DNA of 63,514 nucleotides, the filler included, from Intoshia linei (lineage: Eukaryota; Animalia; Orthonectida): the NCBI GenBank assembly GCA_001642005.1. It is 8 parts of 8 records of this genome, joined end to end, with 100 filler letters (N's around TTAATTAATTAA, not from the genome) between each part and the next. Parts side by side here need not be neighbours in the genome. Positions count along the whole stretch, not along the records: positions 35,072 to 56,665 come from LWCA01000635.1; positions 56,766 to 58,862 come from LWCA01002410.1; positions 58,963 to 61,714 come from LWCA01002242.1; positions 61,815 to 63,514 come from LWCA01002522.1; 4 more parts are not named here. One strand, written 5' to 3'. The notes below the pieces were generated by a model that was not told where the DNA came from, did no database searches, and was given only the letters and a program-made list of their open reading frames with translations. Positions 50,871 through 63,514 of this stretch are shown in pieces. Each line of letters starts with the position of its first letter. Positions within the stretch are counted from its first letter, which is position 1. Made by a program: the position numbers and the translations under genes.

Positions 50871-53101
50871 TTAAATTTTTGGTGGTAACAGTGACATATT
50901 GCTATAAAAATATAAATGAATAATAAATAACAACATACAGTGTATTCTGATAATGCTTAATAACTGTATATATAAATTTGTACTGACTATCTGTTTGAAC
51001 TAGACCACGTCTAAATTTTCTAATATCTTTAACAATATTGAATATGTCTATAATACTGTTTGGAACTAAACTAACTAATGATATATACAATAAAGACTAC
51101 CTGAACTATTCAAAATTTTTAAAATTACATCACATGCTATGAATGTACCCGTTCTACCTATACCTGCACTAATCTTGGCTATAGTTAATTAAAAAAATAA
51201 TAACCTGCAATGAACCAATACAATCGACTCGTCTTTGTGATACAATTCGTTAGCAAAGCTCAAAAAATTTAAAAACGATTCAGGATCAACTGGTACTCCA
51301 TGATCTGGCCAAGATGTGTACTGTAATTGAGTAACAACAAATGAAGATGCCTTGATCATAAAATGATTTATTTCTATAAAATTAATATTAGTTACCTTTG
51401 GCAAGCTGACATCTATTTTGATACGACGAACGGTTGAGTGATCAAAGGCAGCACAACTAATTGTTTCAATTGCCATCTTTCCGTAATCTGTAGTTTGGTA
51501 AACCATTTGCTTCCCTACATCTGGCCAATATCTATAGCATTTTATCTAAAATAAACATTTAATAAATCATAATAAAAATTAAATTATAATTTAAAAATTA
51601 ATAATAATATAATTGATAATTATCTAGCATAAAATAGTATTCATTAAAATAACGCGTAGAGATTCAACTTCTTGAGTAATCATGAGGATAAGTTTACATT
51701 CCTGTTCAAATATCATGGACCAAAAATTTACCACAGTTGCTCTCAAGCAACCCTGTGAAGCAATGTAATTTTTAAACAATATATTTCGTTCTTTCAGTTT
51801 ATTTAGATTCTACAATAAACGTTAAAATTAACTAAAACAAATAATAATCCTACATTTCAATTTTTAACAATAGAAATAATTACATTAATATTTATATAAT
51901 TTGCATTAATGTAATCTGATGCAATGGTTTGATTAAGGTTGTTTTTAATTTCATTATTGTGCACAATAACACGACTGTGGTCATCTACATTTTAAATTAT
52001 ATTAAAAATACGTTTTAAGAAAATGTGAATTGACAATCAACTTTTCCTTTATTTACATAATACAATAAATAAAATGTAATAATAAAAGATTACATGGTAA
52101 AATATTTCTATATCGATTTTTGGTTTTATTTTCTGCATTCGTACCAGCAGCAAAACCAAATTGGGTATTAACAAAGGTATCCTTTTCGAGTACCTATAAA
52201 CTACAATATATGGATCAAAATTAAAAACCTTGTATTCATTTTGAAAACCGCTAACATTTTGTTCATTAACATTTTCTAACCAAGTGTAATATTCTGAAAT
52301 TTTATTTACATGAAAGGAGGTGAATAAAACTGGCTAAAATATCTTTAAAAAATAAAGAATTATTTTACGTTATATAAATGTAACTTTAAGTTATTATAAT
52401 GTAATAAAGGGTTTTTTTGGTAGTGGACAATCAATTGATCAATATCATCGAAATCGTAATCATTGGGGTCCAATTTATATTTACCATTCTAAGAAATAAA
52501 ATACAAATATTATCAAAACAATTTACCTCCATCACTATGGCAACATGGTTAACTTTACCTTCATTAGAATATGAAATTATTAATTCGCCAGGATTATCTT
52601 TGCATGTTCTTAATAAATATGCACCCGTCATACCATATTCTAAGATTAAATTTTCGCTCTGAAGTTTAGGTAATACGCCATGATAATACCTAAATTTCAA
52701 CAATATACTGAAATATAATAATGTGTGAATACCGAATGTTTGGCATTTTCGAGTACATTGGTGTTCCTAATTGTAAGGTTCTACCATCAGTTGTTTGTAA
52801 GTATTTTTGTTCAAGTAGGTTCATGACATGGTCGTAGACACTTAAATTTTTTACGTTTTGATTACTTTGTAGATCCAAATTTTTGCATTTAAAATGAGTT
52901 ATTTTGGAACCCACTCTAAAAAGTTGGAAAAAACCAAGTGTTATAAAACCTTAACGACAAAGTGTAGGCACCGACAACAGAGCTACTATTTCTTAATATA
53001 AAAGATCCGTTAAAGCCGTCTGTAAGAAGTAGTAATTCTGCCTCTTTAGAAGAGATTTGATGGTAAATTCGTGCAATATCACTAAATTAATATTGTCATA
53101 T
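50871..53101 (-). CDS. PTPN11: SHP2/corkscrew-like tandem-SH2 protein tyrosine phosphatase (5' end unresolved)
   Basis: N-SH2 IYHQIFSKEAELLLLTDGFNGSFILRNSSSVVGAYTLSLR; C-SH2 YYHG...GAYLLR; KNRYRNILP; DYINANY; YIASQGCL; YRYWP; WPDHGVP; VHC|SAGIGRTG; LVQTDSQYKFIY. Confidence 0.9.
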
Positions 53102-53727
53102 TAATTTTTTAATATATGCAGGTTAACTACTGACGATTTGGCTGATCATTTGTATTAATTTTTTTTAATCAAACAGATTTCAGGTTTCCTGTCAAAAATT
53201 TAAGTTTTTCAATTTCAAGAATAGGCATTGTTTGAAGCCAGAGCCGAACCTACCCAGCTCGAAGTCATCCGAAAATAAAAAATATGCCCCTAAAAAATTT
53301 GTTTCGAAAACGACGCGTTGTGTCATATTGCTCCTAGTCACCTCTCTAGGCCGTCGACTTTTAACATTGACATTTTAAATTTAACACACCAAATAGTTGA
53401 TATATATAATTAACTAATATAATTAATACAAAGATATAATTTTTCTAATGATTAACTTGGAAAAAGGAGGCCCCATTTTGTAAAAAATTTATCGTATGTA
53501 TAAAATTCATGTTATTTATGATAGTTTTAAGGATTTTACTCTTTTAAATTTATTTTTAAAATGATACAGTCATTCTCTCTAATAAATTAAAAAAATTCTT
53601 TACAGAAATGTTAATATAAATGTACAAATGTATAATAAAATTAAGTGTGAACAATTTATTTGAAATTTAATGTAATGTGAAATGACCGGTCCATTAAGAA
53701 ACAAGTTTAGGAACATCTCCTGTAAAG

Positions 53728-54224
53728 CAGCGGTTCTCAACCTTTTTCAGGCTATGGCCCAAAAAAGTTTTTTCATATTATGATCTTTCACCAATTTTGA
53801 TTTGAACACCAAAAAATTTATCAGAGGCTCCCACAAACCTACAAGTCTTTCAAGACTATTGCCTTTTGACAGCCATCTGACTTCAGTATGTAGCACCAGA
53901 GTTTTAAAATTCTCATTTTCACAAAATTGTGCGAATACTCTGTTATTGAGTAAGTTTGCTTTAACAAAATTTATAGCAACATTTAAAGGCTTCTTCCATA
54001 TCCCCTCCAACATTCTTTTCAGCCAAATGTTGCCGGTGAATAATGCAGTGGGTATGAGATATGTGAGGAGCAACTGTTTTCATTCTTGATACAATTCCTT
54101 TTACTCTATAGCTACTACAAATTCATTATGCATTTATAGATTTTGTTTTGGTTAGCAATTTTATAGCTTAATACACCAAACTTTTTTTAATGTTGAAAAA
54201 AATGGCCCACGTTGAGAACCCCTG
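53728..54224 (-). mobile_element. Internally deleted Buster-family hAT element (497 bp) with a transposase fragment
   Basis: TIR CAG(C/G)GGTTCTCAAC; perfect TSD CTGTAAAG; THCIIHRQHL (CxxH) and LHTEVRWLSKGNSLERL motifs. Confidence 0.93.
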
Positions 54225-56976
54225 CTGTAAAGGATTGCTAATAGTGAATAACAGCAATTTGATGTAAGCTATTAATAAAAATTAATATAATAATTTATTG
54301 AATTTATTTTTTTGGTAGAATTATTGAAGTCCCTCGGCAAAGCTTGGTACTGTTTATATGAAATAAAATAATTGGTTATTTAACGATTCACACAAAATTA
54401 TTAATTAATAATTATAGAAAAATTAGTCAGTAGCATTATTATATTTTCAAGTACTTCGTACAATAGTCCGTTTGCCGTGTGCCGTTTTTATAGTTTAGCC
54501 GCTAAATTTAACGTTTATTCATACTTTTTTTATCATAAAAAATTTGTTTAAAAAAATGTTCAGAAAACAATTCTAACCTAAAAAGAATCGTTATATCGAA
54601 CATGTAACACGGTTATAAAGAATGAATATTGCAATATAGAAATTAGATATAAATTATTTAATTAACTTTATTTGAACAGTTTAAAAATAATTGGATTTTG
54701 TCCAAATTTTTAGTAAACACTATTTAACATTTCACTGAAAACAGAAAACTGATTTGTAAAAAGTATAAAGTTTAGAAAGGTAGCATACACGACATACATT
54801 TTTTTACAAATACTACCTCTTTTACTTATGAGCCATTCTCTGTTACAAATTGAGAAAACCACAAATTTAAATTATATGCTACTATATTGCTTTTTACGTC
54901 GTATATTCATTATTCAATCTATTTCATAACCTTAATTAATTAAATATTTACAAGAATCATCAAAAAACATTTTTTATAAAATTTTATAAATGTAAAAGAA
55001 AAATAAATAGATTATCAGTCTATTTACATTATATTAATTGAATCTTTAAACTAGCATATTACCATATGATAATAACATTTCTTTATTATTAAAGTTTAGT
55101 AACTAAACCATTGCAAATCAATAAATTCAAATTATATTTACTTACCATAATTATTGCAATATAACTAGAGCCCACACTGTTACCCGACATGACATGTTTA
55201 ACGAAACATAAAACCACCCAATAATAAATGAAACAACCCCATAAAATGGTGGAAATTAATTAAATGCATAATACAAAATGTACTGTATTTTAAATTTATT
55301 CCACTTGTCTGGATGGGATACAATGTATAGTATAGATGATTATTTTTTAATAAATTAAAAAAATTTATCAAAAAGTACATATCAAACATTCAAAACGTTA
55401 AAAATAAGGAAGTTAAAATTGTAAAAAAAATTCTAAACAATTTTCATGATGAATTTTAAATTTTCCCTTTATTGAAAATGTGTACGGATCACCTTACAGT
55501 ATAAAATAAAAAAAATATCAAATATACGTACAGGCTAATTGCTATTTAACGGAATTCGTCGCTAACGGAATCAAATTCCTGACTAACGGACTGTGAATTT
55601 TTCTGAGGTACAAAAATTCTGTTAAATTTTAACTTGAAATAACTAGCATCATAATTACACTGAAGCTTTTTCTGTTCAAATTATGATTAATATTTATTAT
55701 AATAATGAATGATTATTAAATATATGAAATAACATGACCTCCAAATATAGGTTAAGTGGAATGAAAATCAAAATTTTTCCATTGGTTTAATGCAGTCATT
55801 TCAAAATTTGGTTATTGATCGTGTTTTTGAAAAAAATATTGGAAATAGTGGAATTTTTTTATTAGGTTTCGTAAAATCGGATTTTTCAAAAAAATATAAT
55901 AAAAATCCAGTTTTCCCTAAAGCTTGAAATGGTATTTTTTATTAAATTTTATTAATGGTAGGATACAAGTGAGATTTTTGAAATAATAATGTAACGGTTG
56001 CCTAGGCTTTGGGATAATCAATATCTAGAAACTCTGTAATAAATATTAAAAATTCTCCTATAAAAATAAACAAAATTTGATAAAATTTTTTTTATATTTT
56101 ATTTGAATCTCACTAACCCAAGCATATAATTTTGGACCCCAATCAAGAACTATTTTAATGTATACAATGTATACATATTTTATAAAAAATACCGTTAACG
56201 AGGACGAGTAATAGATTTATATACATTTTTTATGAAATTAAAGGAAGATAAAATACAAAAATATTTTTTAAAACTTTCAACACGATTGTATAATATGAAA
56301 TAAAAATTACACGGTTGTATATGTTTCATTGCTTACCATTATCTATTTCAATGACATAAGTTTTGAATAAGTACTTATCATTTAGTTAAATTAATATTTG
56401 TAAACTTTTTAAATGTATTCTTATTTTAATCTAACGTTGCTATAAACCCCAATAATATTTACTTATCAATATGACGAAATTTTGTATATCAGGTAGCAGG
56501 CAGATTAAAATACACATTGACAATTAGCATATTAAAGATTAAAATCGAAAGATATCACAGGTGTTGGATATCTTTTAGATCCTGAGTAAATAAAATGAAA
56601 TATAATTCAAATTTATATATATATATATAAATAATATTATAATAATAATAATAAATTATATATAANNNNNNNNNNNNNNNNNNNNNNNNNNNNNNNNNNN
56701 NNNNNNNNNTTAATTAATTAANNNNNNNNNNNNNNNNNNNNNNNNNNNNNNNNNNNNNNNNNNNNATTTTTTTATTTCGAAACTATTTTATTAAAACAAA
56801 AAATTGAAATAATTAACGGTCCAAGAATTAAAAAAAAAGATTATTGTTATACAACTTATTCGAGTATAAATAGATATAAAAATTCAACCTCAGAAATCTA
56901 CGTTTTGTCGGTGGAAGAACCGCTTGGATTTGAAATTTACAAAATAAAAACATGGACGATTTAATTGATAAATTTA

Positions 56977-58800
56977 TTAGTATATATTTGGATCCCCTCT
57001 TTCAATCAAATTTACAAATTCATTCTCATTCAATGTTCTTGTTTTTAACTTTTTCAACTAAATTACAGTTATATATGGAATGTTGATAAATTGATAAAAC
57101 ATGTAAAATAATACATTAGCTAATCTTGATGGTCCACAACCTCTACCTAACAATACATATTATGTGCTTTTGCAAATATTGAGAGCATGCTTTCCACCGT
57201 GGGCTTTAATAATATTATGAAGTGTATCTCTGTCATATGACTCAAATATACCCAGTGCGACAAATTTTTTCTTTTTTAAACAGTAGGGGTAACCCTATAT
57301 TTATACATTAACAAAATGTAAATAAAAACAGAAAATTAAGATACAAGTAGTAGTCAATTTTTTAATAAATCATAATATATATAGTAAGTATTATTGGTCT
57401 GCTATATATCTGTTACTATTGACGATTTATTTTAATTGCATCCATTTTTAATATTATTTTATTTTTATAAAAAACCTGAGGAATTTTACGATTGTTTAAG
57501 TTTGTAGCTGATGGGCGGTTCAAAAATACGTCTCTAACTGAATAATTGGGGATTTTTTTTTAATTCTGTCAACTGTTATATATCCATTTTCTATGAGTTC
57601 TATTAATTGACTAAGTGTAATAGTTCTATTACCATCTGGTTAAAAGTATATATTTTCATTTATAATTAACATATATTCTACATATATGTCAGAGATTATA
57701 ATACTTTATGATAATAGTTACCAACCGTTTTCAGTCAATCAGTTTTATTTTAAATGTAATACTATTAACAAAAATGGATTTTTTTTATAAATTATAAATT
57801 CTAATAATCAGAAACGTTTCATATAATTGGAAACCTCTAATGTATAACTAGATTCTAAATAAAGTGACTAGAATAACTGACTTTTTTTGTAACCACGTAA
57901 TAAAAGTCAATGAAATCTTTAGGTTGCTTATGTACGCGTCCTCTGTAACTTTCTATTAAGCTTTTATAATATGCTTTATTGTGTCCTTTATAATTTTTAA
58001 ATATTTTGTCTAGATAGAAAATATTTTTAAACATGTTTGGAGTTCTCTAAACAGATATTATCTACTAAATTTAGTAGCAACATTTTCACTTTTTCATAGT
58101 TATTATAATTATTATAATGATTAATATTTTTCATATAATTTTACTATATTTAAAAGAGGTGTTGGTGGACAATAATGGGATTGATATTTTTCTTTTTTTT
58201 CATTATTTTCTTTATGAGTTGAATTTCCTTCGATGAGAGGATCAATTTCTATACCATATGTATTATTTTTATCTTTTTGTTTTTCTTTTCCAGTAATCAA
58301 ATTGATGAATTCATCCTCATTCAATGTTTTAATGTTGAAATATTTTATCTATTATTAGTTGTATTGAAAATCATAATGTCAAGATGTCTCAACTTGAATA
58401 AATGCTTAAATTTCGTCTAAGGTTAGTATTATTATTATTTTATTTACTTTCGATAGCCCTACTCAACGATTACAACCCATAAACCCAAATAGAACTTAAT
58501 TTTCTAATGTGATTATTTACACGTATAAATTAACGTTTCAATTGCTGTTTTTGTAAAAAGTAAAACCAATACTATAAAAGAATATTTTTGGTATGGATTA
58601 CATTTTCTATTTTTTTCGGACCAGCATCACGATCTACTAAAACATAGTCCATATAGCTACCAACGTAGTTTATAATTTTTCCACCTGAAGATGTTATAAT
58701 TTTTTCCAATGTTTTTCTTTCAAACGATTTAAATATTCTAAATTAATTAAATAAATTAATTTTAAAATGTAAACTTTACCACTTGATTATCAATTTAGAA
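56977..58800 (-). pseudogene. RFC1-type BRCT repeat gene (about 3 repeats, no AAA+ domain), disrupted
   Basis: SFERKTLEKIITSSGGKI...YVLVDRDAGPKK / KTLNEDEFINLI; KSLIESYRGRV / RTITLSQLIELI; NRPSATNLNNRKIPQ|GYPYCLKKKKFVALGIFESYDRDTLHNIIKAHGGK...YVLLGRGCGPSR / RTLNENEFVNLI...stop. In-frame TAA at 57160-57162 and a frameshift near 57521. Confidence 0.72.
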
Positions 58801-59361
58801 TCAATATTCAATTAATATTAAATCATGAGTTCTTAACCTGGGGTGCCGGCACTCCAGAGGTGNNNNNNNNNNNNNNNNNNNNNNNNNNNNNNNNNNNNNN
58901 NNNNNNTTAATTAATTAANNNNNNNNNNNNNNNNNNNNNNNNNNNNNNNNNNNNNNNNNNNNAAAATTAGATTATAATTTATTTTAGTTTTCCTTATATT
59001 TCAATATAATACAGGTCCTCTAAGGTTTTGTCGGGGTGTATGTTATTAACCTCTTACACAGTTTCCTCTCTTCACTTGCTATAGATATAATTTTTAAAAA
59101 TGTATGGAACCACTGGTGTAGTGTCATGAAAAATCAGTAATATGTTGTAATTATAATACAATTGGTGTTGTTTATAAGTTGTTATAATTTTTTAGCACTT
59201 TCTGTGGTCGAATTTCTAATAATTTGGGAATGGCTCAAAGAAAACACCGAAATGGAATTAAAATGAATACTAAGACATTCAAATATTAATCGCAGTCAAT
59301 AAAAAAACATGACCAAGTGTTGAGACAACAATTTATATATTTTTTGTATTGACTACTTTAG

Positions 59362-61449
59362 AGTTCCAATCAAGTATATATTAATGAATGATACATGGGC
59401 TCCATATAACAAGTTAAATTATTCTTACTTAAGAATCGGTAATGTCTCACGAGTTTACACTTCTTATCGTCAAAATTATTATGAATATTGGAAATATCTA
59501 GTCAAAAAAGTTTTGGACCAGGATGCTAGTAAATTTAAACTTATTAAATTTTTTAAAGTCATTATTATAATTATAATATAATCCTTACTTACATTACTTG
59601 TATATAATATGCTGTGTTTGTCTGTGTGTTTGTTATCGTTTATTTCAATAACTACCTGTCTTAGAATTTTATAAAGTTCATTTAAATTACAGTTTTTACC
59701 GGGGTGTTAGCAAAATAAATTTCAACATCCCAATCTCAAATCTTAATTGTCCTTTTTTTGAAAATCAAACGAGTTCGCAAGTTTAAAAAAATATATATAT
59801 CTTCAGGGCCAAAACCACAAATTACCCTTTTTTTTTTAATGAAAACAGTCCTAGAATTTAAAAAAAATTACAGGTGGTACAGTAGTATCCCGTTAAACCA
59901 CAAAAAATTTCAATTTGAATAAATGACCCCTTCACGGTCAAAAAAGCATATTAGTATTAATATATTTTTTTCCGAAATATTTTATTAAAACAAAAAATGT
60001 AAAATAATTAACGGTCCAAAAATTAAAAAAAAAATTATTCTGATAGAGCTTATTCCTGTTGATATAAATACAAAATTTCATCCCCAGAAATCTACGCATT
60101 CCCGGTGAAAAATATTTTTTAATATATTATCAACCAATATTTTTCAAATATTTCCATTCAAATAAAAATTGAAAACGTAAATATTGATCCTACAATTTCA
60201 AAAAAAATGTACAGTGAACGTCTACACATTTACAATAAAGAAATATGGGTGAAAATCTGTATAATTCATTTCTTTGGAATTTTTTTTATTGGTAAGCAAT
60301 TTTTAAATATCAAATTATCATTTTCAAAACAATTTGTTAAAATTTAAATTAAAACTACAACAACGAATTACTAAATGTAATACAACTTTGTTATTATCAT
60401 TTTTATATTTATTACAAGACTTTGCAAATTTGGTAAAATTCACCTGAAATATGTTTATAAAGTTCTGATTCCATTAATTATTGATACATAATTATTAATA
60501 CTAATTATAATTAGTAAGTGTGTCCTTATTCAAACAAACAGCTGATTAATGTGAAACATTTTATTGTAAACACGATACAATGCTTAAAATATTCTAAATT
60601 TTTAAAGAATCAGACCTTTTATTTTAAAATAATTTTTAATATACAGTAGAGAGTCCTGTCTAGGGACATATTAAGCGGACTCATTTTTCAAAATTAAAAA
60701 ATTTTCATTAATTTCAGTCTTTCTATATAAATTGAGTTACAATATTTTAATTTCGAGGCAAAAAATAAATTTTCCACCAAAAAAGGTCATGTCACATGAC
60801 TCATGTGCTCTGAAAAATATGAACAAAATTTAAAGGAAAATTTTATTTTCGTTCAAAAAAGTAATTTGTGGTTTTGGTCGTAAAGATATATAATATTTTT
60901 AAATTGAAATTTATCATAACGTTGCTGATTTTAAAATTTTGATCAGATTGTGTATTTTTTATAATTCTAGGACTCGTTTGAACTTAAAAAAAGGATAATT
61001 GGTTTTGACCTTGAAGGACTCAATTTCTGAAAATAAAATTCCGATCAAACATTACTCTCGAAAAATTGTATTAGACATGGTAATTCTTAAAACTGGCCTC
61101 CTCTTACTTTTTTAAATAAACAGACTTGCATCTTTAACTAAATTACTTCATATAAACAAGGTAATAGGCTAAATACTTATTGGTTATAAATAAGTACTGT
61201 ACAATGTAAATACTATATGTAATTATGGATATTATTATAATTAAATTAATATTATATATAATTAATTAATATTAATATAAATTATTGTCTTATAGAATAT
61301 GTGACAATCACTCCAGTTTATGAACTACCATATATCAAAGGCATATCCCTTTGTATTGTTGCATCAAGTATGTTGTTGGTAAGTATAGCTTACACGATAA
61401 CTTTGATATACAAGAAAAAAATAAAATTGTTATTAAATTACTATAATTA
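59362..61449 (+). CDS. Type-B carboxylesterase / neuroligin-like protein, C-terminal exons with a TM helix
   Basis: WAPYNKLNYSYLRIGNVSRVYTSYRQNYYEYWKYLV resembles the cholinesterase-fold C-terminus. A downstream exon (~61295-61449) has the hydrophobic stretch ISLCIVASSMLLVSIAYTITLIY followed by KKK. Linking the two exons is inferred. Confidence 0.55.
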
Positions 61450-61814
61450 AAAATCAATCAACTTTGAAACGTAATTCAAATGTGCTACCAAATGATTTAA
61501 ACCGTTGTTAAATTGTAAATTAAATTTTGAAAGTATACCATTTCATAATGTCATTTATCCAATTCATTATAACTAGAGTCGACAAATGCAATTTTTTATG
61601 GCACTAAAAAATTTCTAGTACTAAAAGTTACTAAACAACAAGACAACAATTGATGCAAAATTCATTAAATTTATTTGAATTGAAAATGAAATAGTCATTA
61701 AAATATTAATCATTNNNNNNNNNNNNNNNNNNNNNNNNNNNNNNNNNNNNNNNNNNNNTTAATTAATTAANNNNNNNNNNNNNNNNNNNNNNNNNNNNNN
61801 NNNNNNNNNNNNNN

Positions 61815-62500
61815 TTAAATTGCCAAGATATGGCTTTTCCACGATTAAATAACTTTTCATTTTGATTAAAATTATTATTTTTTTTATTACTATTTATTTT
61901 TTTTAATTGAAAGTGATTTTTATAATAGTTAAAAAATTTATCCACCACTTTCTTCTTATTTATTTAGTTTTTTTTATTACAATAAATTAAATAATAATAA
62001 AATAATAATAAATTATATACAATAAAAAATATTTTTAATAACAATTATGATTCTACTATTTTATGATTAATTGGTTTTTTATTTATATTTATATTTGGGG
62101 TATTTACAGGTCTTGTTTTAACAAATTCAAATACAGATATCTTAGTAAATGATACTTATTTTGTTGTAGGTCATTTTTATTATGTATTAAGAATAGGTGC
62201 TGTTTATTTAATTCTTGGGGTGTTAATTATTGATTTTGTTTATTATATAATATGTGAATAAGAAAAAGAATATTAATTTTATGTTATATATTATTAACTT
62301 TGGGTTTAAATATATGTTTTTTATTAATACATTTTGTAGGATTAAGAAAATACCACGTTGATATTTTACATATCCTTTTATTTTTCATTTTTGAAATTTT
62401 ATTATAAGTTATGGTGTTTTATTAATATTTATGGCTTTAACATTATTTATATAATTAATTGTAGAAAGTATAATAAGAAAAAAATCTGTTATTTTAGCTT
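61815..62500 (+). pseudogene. cox1: Mitochondrial cox1 NUMT with a large internal deletion
   Basis: In the invertebrate mitochondrial code: DMAFPRLNNFSFWL, IYPPLS, then a jump to [47 protein letters not shown] and HFVGL/MPRWY..YP. Frameshifts are present, HFH is changed to HFY, and a nuclear transposon lies next to it. Confidence 0.92.
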
Positions 62501-62699
62501 GTCTCAGAAATTTTTTGTGATATTATATTATTAATTCCATTCGGATAATTTTCAATGTACCATTGTTGTAACTGTTTAAAAAAAAATATAGCTTTTCAAG
62601 TATGTATTGTCGTTTTAATAGGAGTCTGAGAGTCATTTGATTCTACGGATTAGACGTCACAGTCGGTACATACATTAATATTTTTAAGGAATGCCTCAT

Positions 62700-63514
62700 T
62701 TGTAGTTATTGTTGTATCATATGCTGAAAATCATCATCTAAGTTACTATTTAGCGGGTTAGATTCTAATTCGTTATTGACTATAGCTTGGTTATCGATTG
62801 ACATCATCTCGATATACTAATTTTTGGAATTTATAAATGCTTTTTTGAAACAATTTATTATTTATTATTATTAACATTTCTTTAAAACATTCTCCCACGC
62901 CATGAGAATATACGAAATACATTTGTATAATTTAAATTTTATTAATAAATTTTGATAATCCAGATCTTCATATTATGGGGTTTCCATTTCAATAAATATA
63001 ATCATGTTAATACTGCGCTTGCATTGTTCCTTGAACGAGTGTATAATTTCTTGATCGAGTGATTGTATCTTAGAAGTCGTATTCAGAGGTAGAAAAAACA
63101 ACTCTATATTCAAATATTTAGTACATTTTGAGTGAACAGTTGCGGTGTCTAGAATTAAAAGAATTTTTCTATCTTTATTTTTTATCCATAAATTTAAGTG
63201 TGACAATCATGATTTAAAAATTATTAATGTCATACACGATTTTTTGTTACTTTTATAGGAAACATTTAATTTTTTAAATTCTAAATTCTTAAAACATCTA
63301 AGGTTTTTAGATTTTCTAATAATTAATAATTTTAACTTCTCGCTTAACATCCTTACACAAAATAGTATAGTTATACGTTTGTTGCTGAACTTACCACATG
63401 CTTTATTTACATTCGATAATGTTACCGTTCTGTTAGAAGAACATTTGTAAAACAATCCAAATTCATCACAATTAAAAATATTTTTGTGGTTATAATTAGC
63501 AATTTTTTTTATGT
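62700..63514 (-). mobile_element. pogo/Tigger DDE_1 transposase pseudogene
   Basis: NCDE..LFYK; GKFSNKRITILFC; KSNKKSCMT; ILLILDTATVH; FFLPLNTTSKIQSLDQEIIHSFK; AW; NCFKK. In-frame stops. Confidence 0.9.

Noticed and set aside
54300-56600. Exon-like hydrophobic segments on the minus strand (e.g. 55144-55389, 56463-56581)
   Set aside because: Possibly a decayed membrane-protein gene, but no stop-free spliced model or family could be supported.
61815-62500. Genuine mitochondrial genome fragment
   Set aside because: Frameshifts, a large deletion, a lost His ligand and contiguity with a pogo transposon indicate a NUMT.

Overview
This is very AT-rich animal nuclear DNA. It is eight contigs joined by artificial 100-nt spacers (N44-TTAATTAATTAA-N44), so synteny across the spacers cannot be trusted. 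Many introns are only ~35-40 nt, proteins are highly divergent, and a cox1 copy uses the invertebrate mitochondrial code. That suggests a genome-reduced parasitic invertebrate (orthonectid-like, e.g. Intoshia; this is inference). Host genes recognised: WDR35/IFT121 (part), EMC1, an AIMP2-like gene, WDFY3 (5' part), MYO7A (3' part), MSH6, a SHP2/PTPN11-like phosphatase, a multi-BRCT RFC1-derived (pseudo)gene and a carboxylesterase/neuroligin-like 3' end. There are also many hAT, Tc1, pogo, piggyBac and Merlin-type remnants, an 864-bp LTR element and a cox1 NUMT. The standout is ~7.9-14.8 kb: a cluster of decayed endogenous fragments of a picorna-like (+)RNA virus. It contains RdRp motifs A-C, the 2C/SF3 helicase, and VP2-VP4-VP3 capsid with recognisable cleavage sites. 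All fragments are on the + strand, in non-viral order, and interleaved with transposon debris, like a piRNA-cluster-type viral archive. All protein assignments come from motif recognition by eye; no database search was run.
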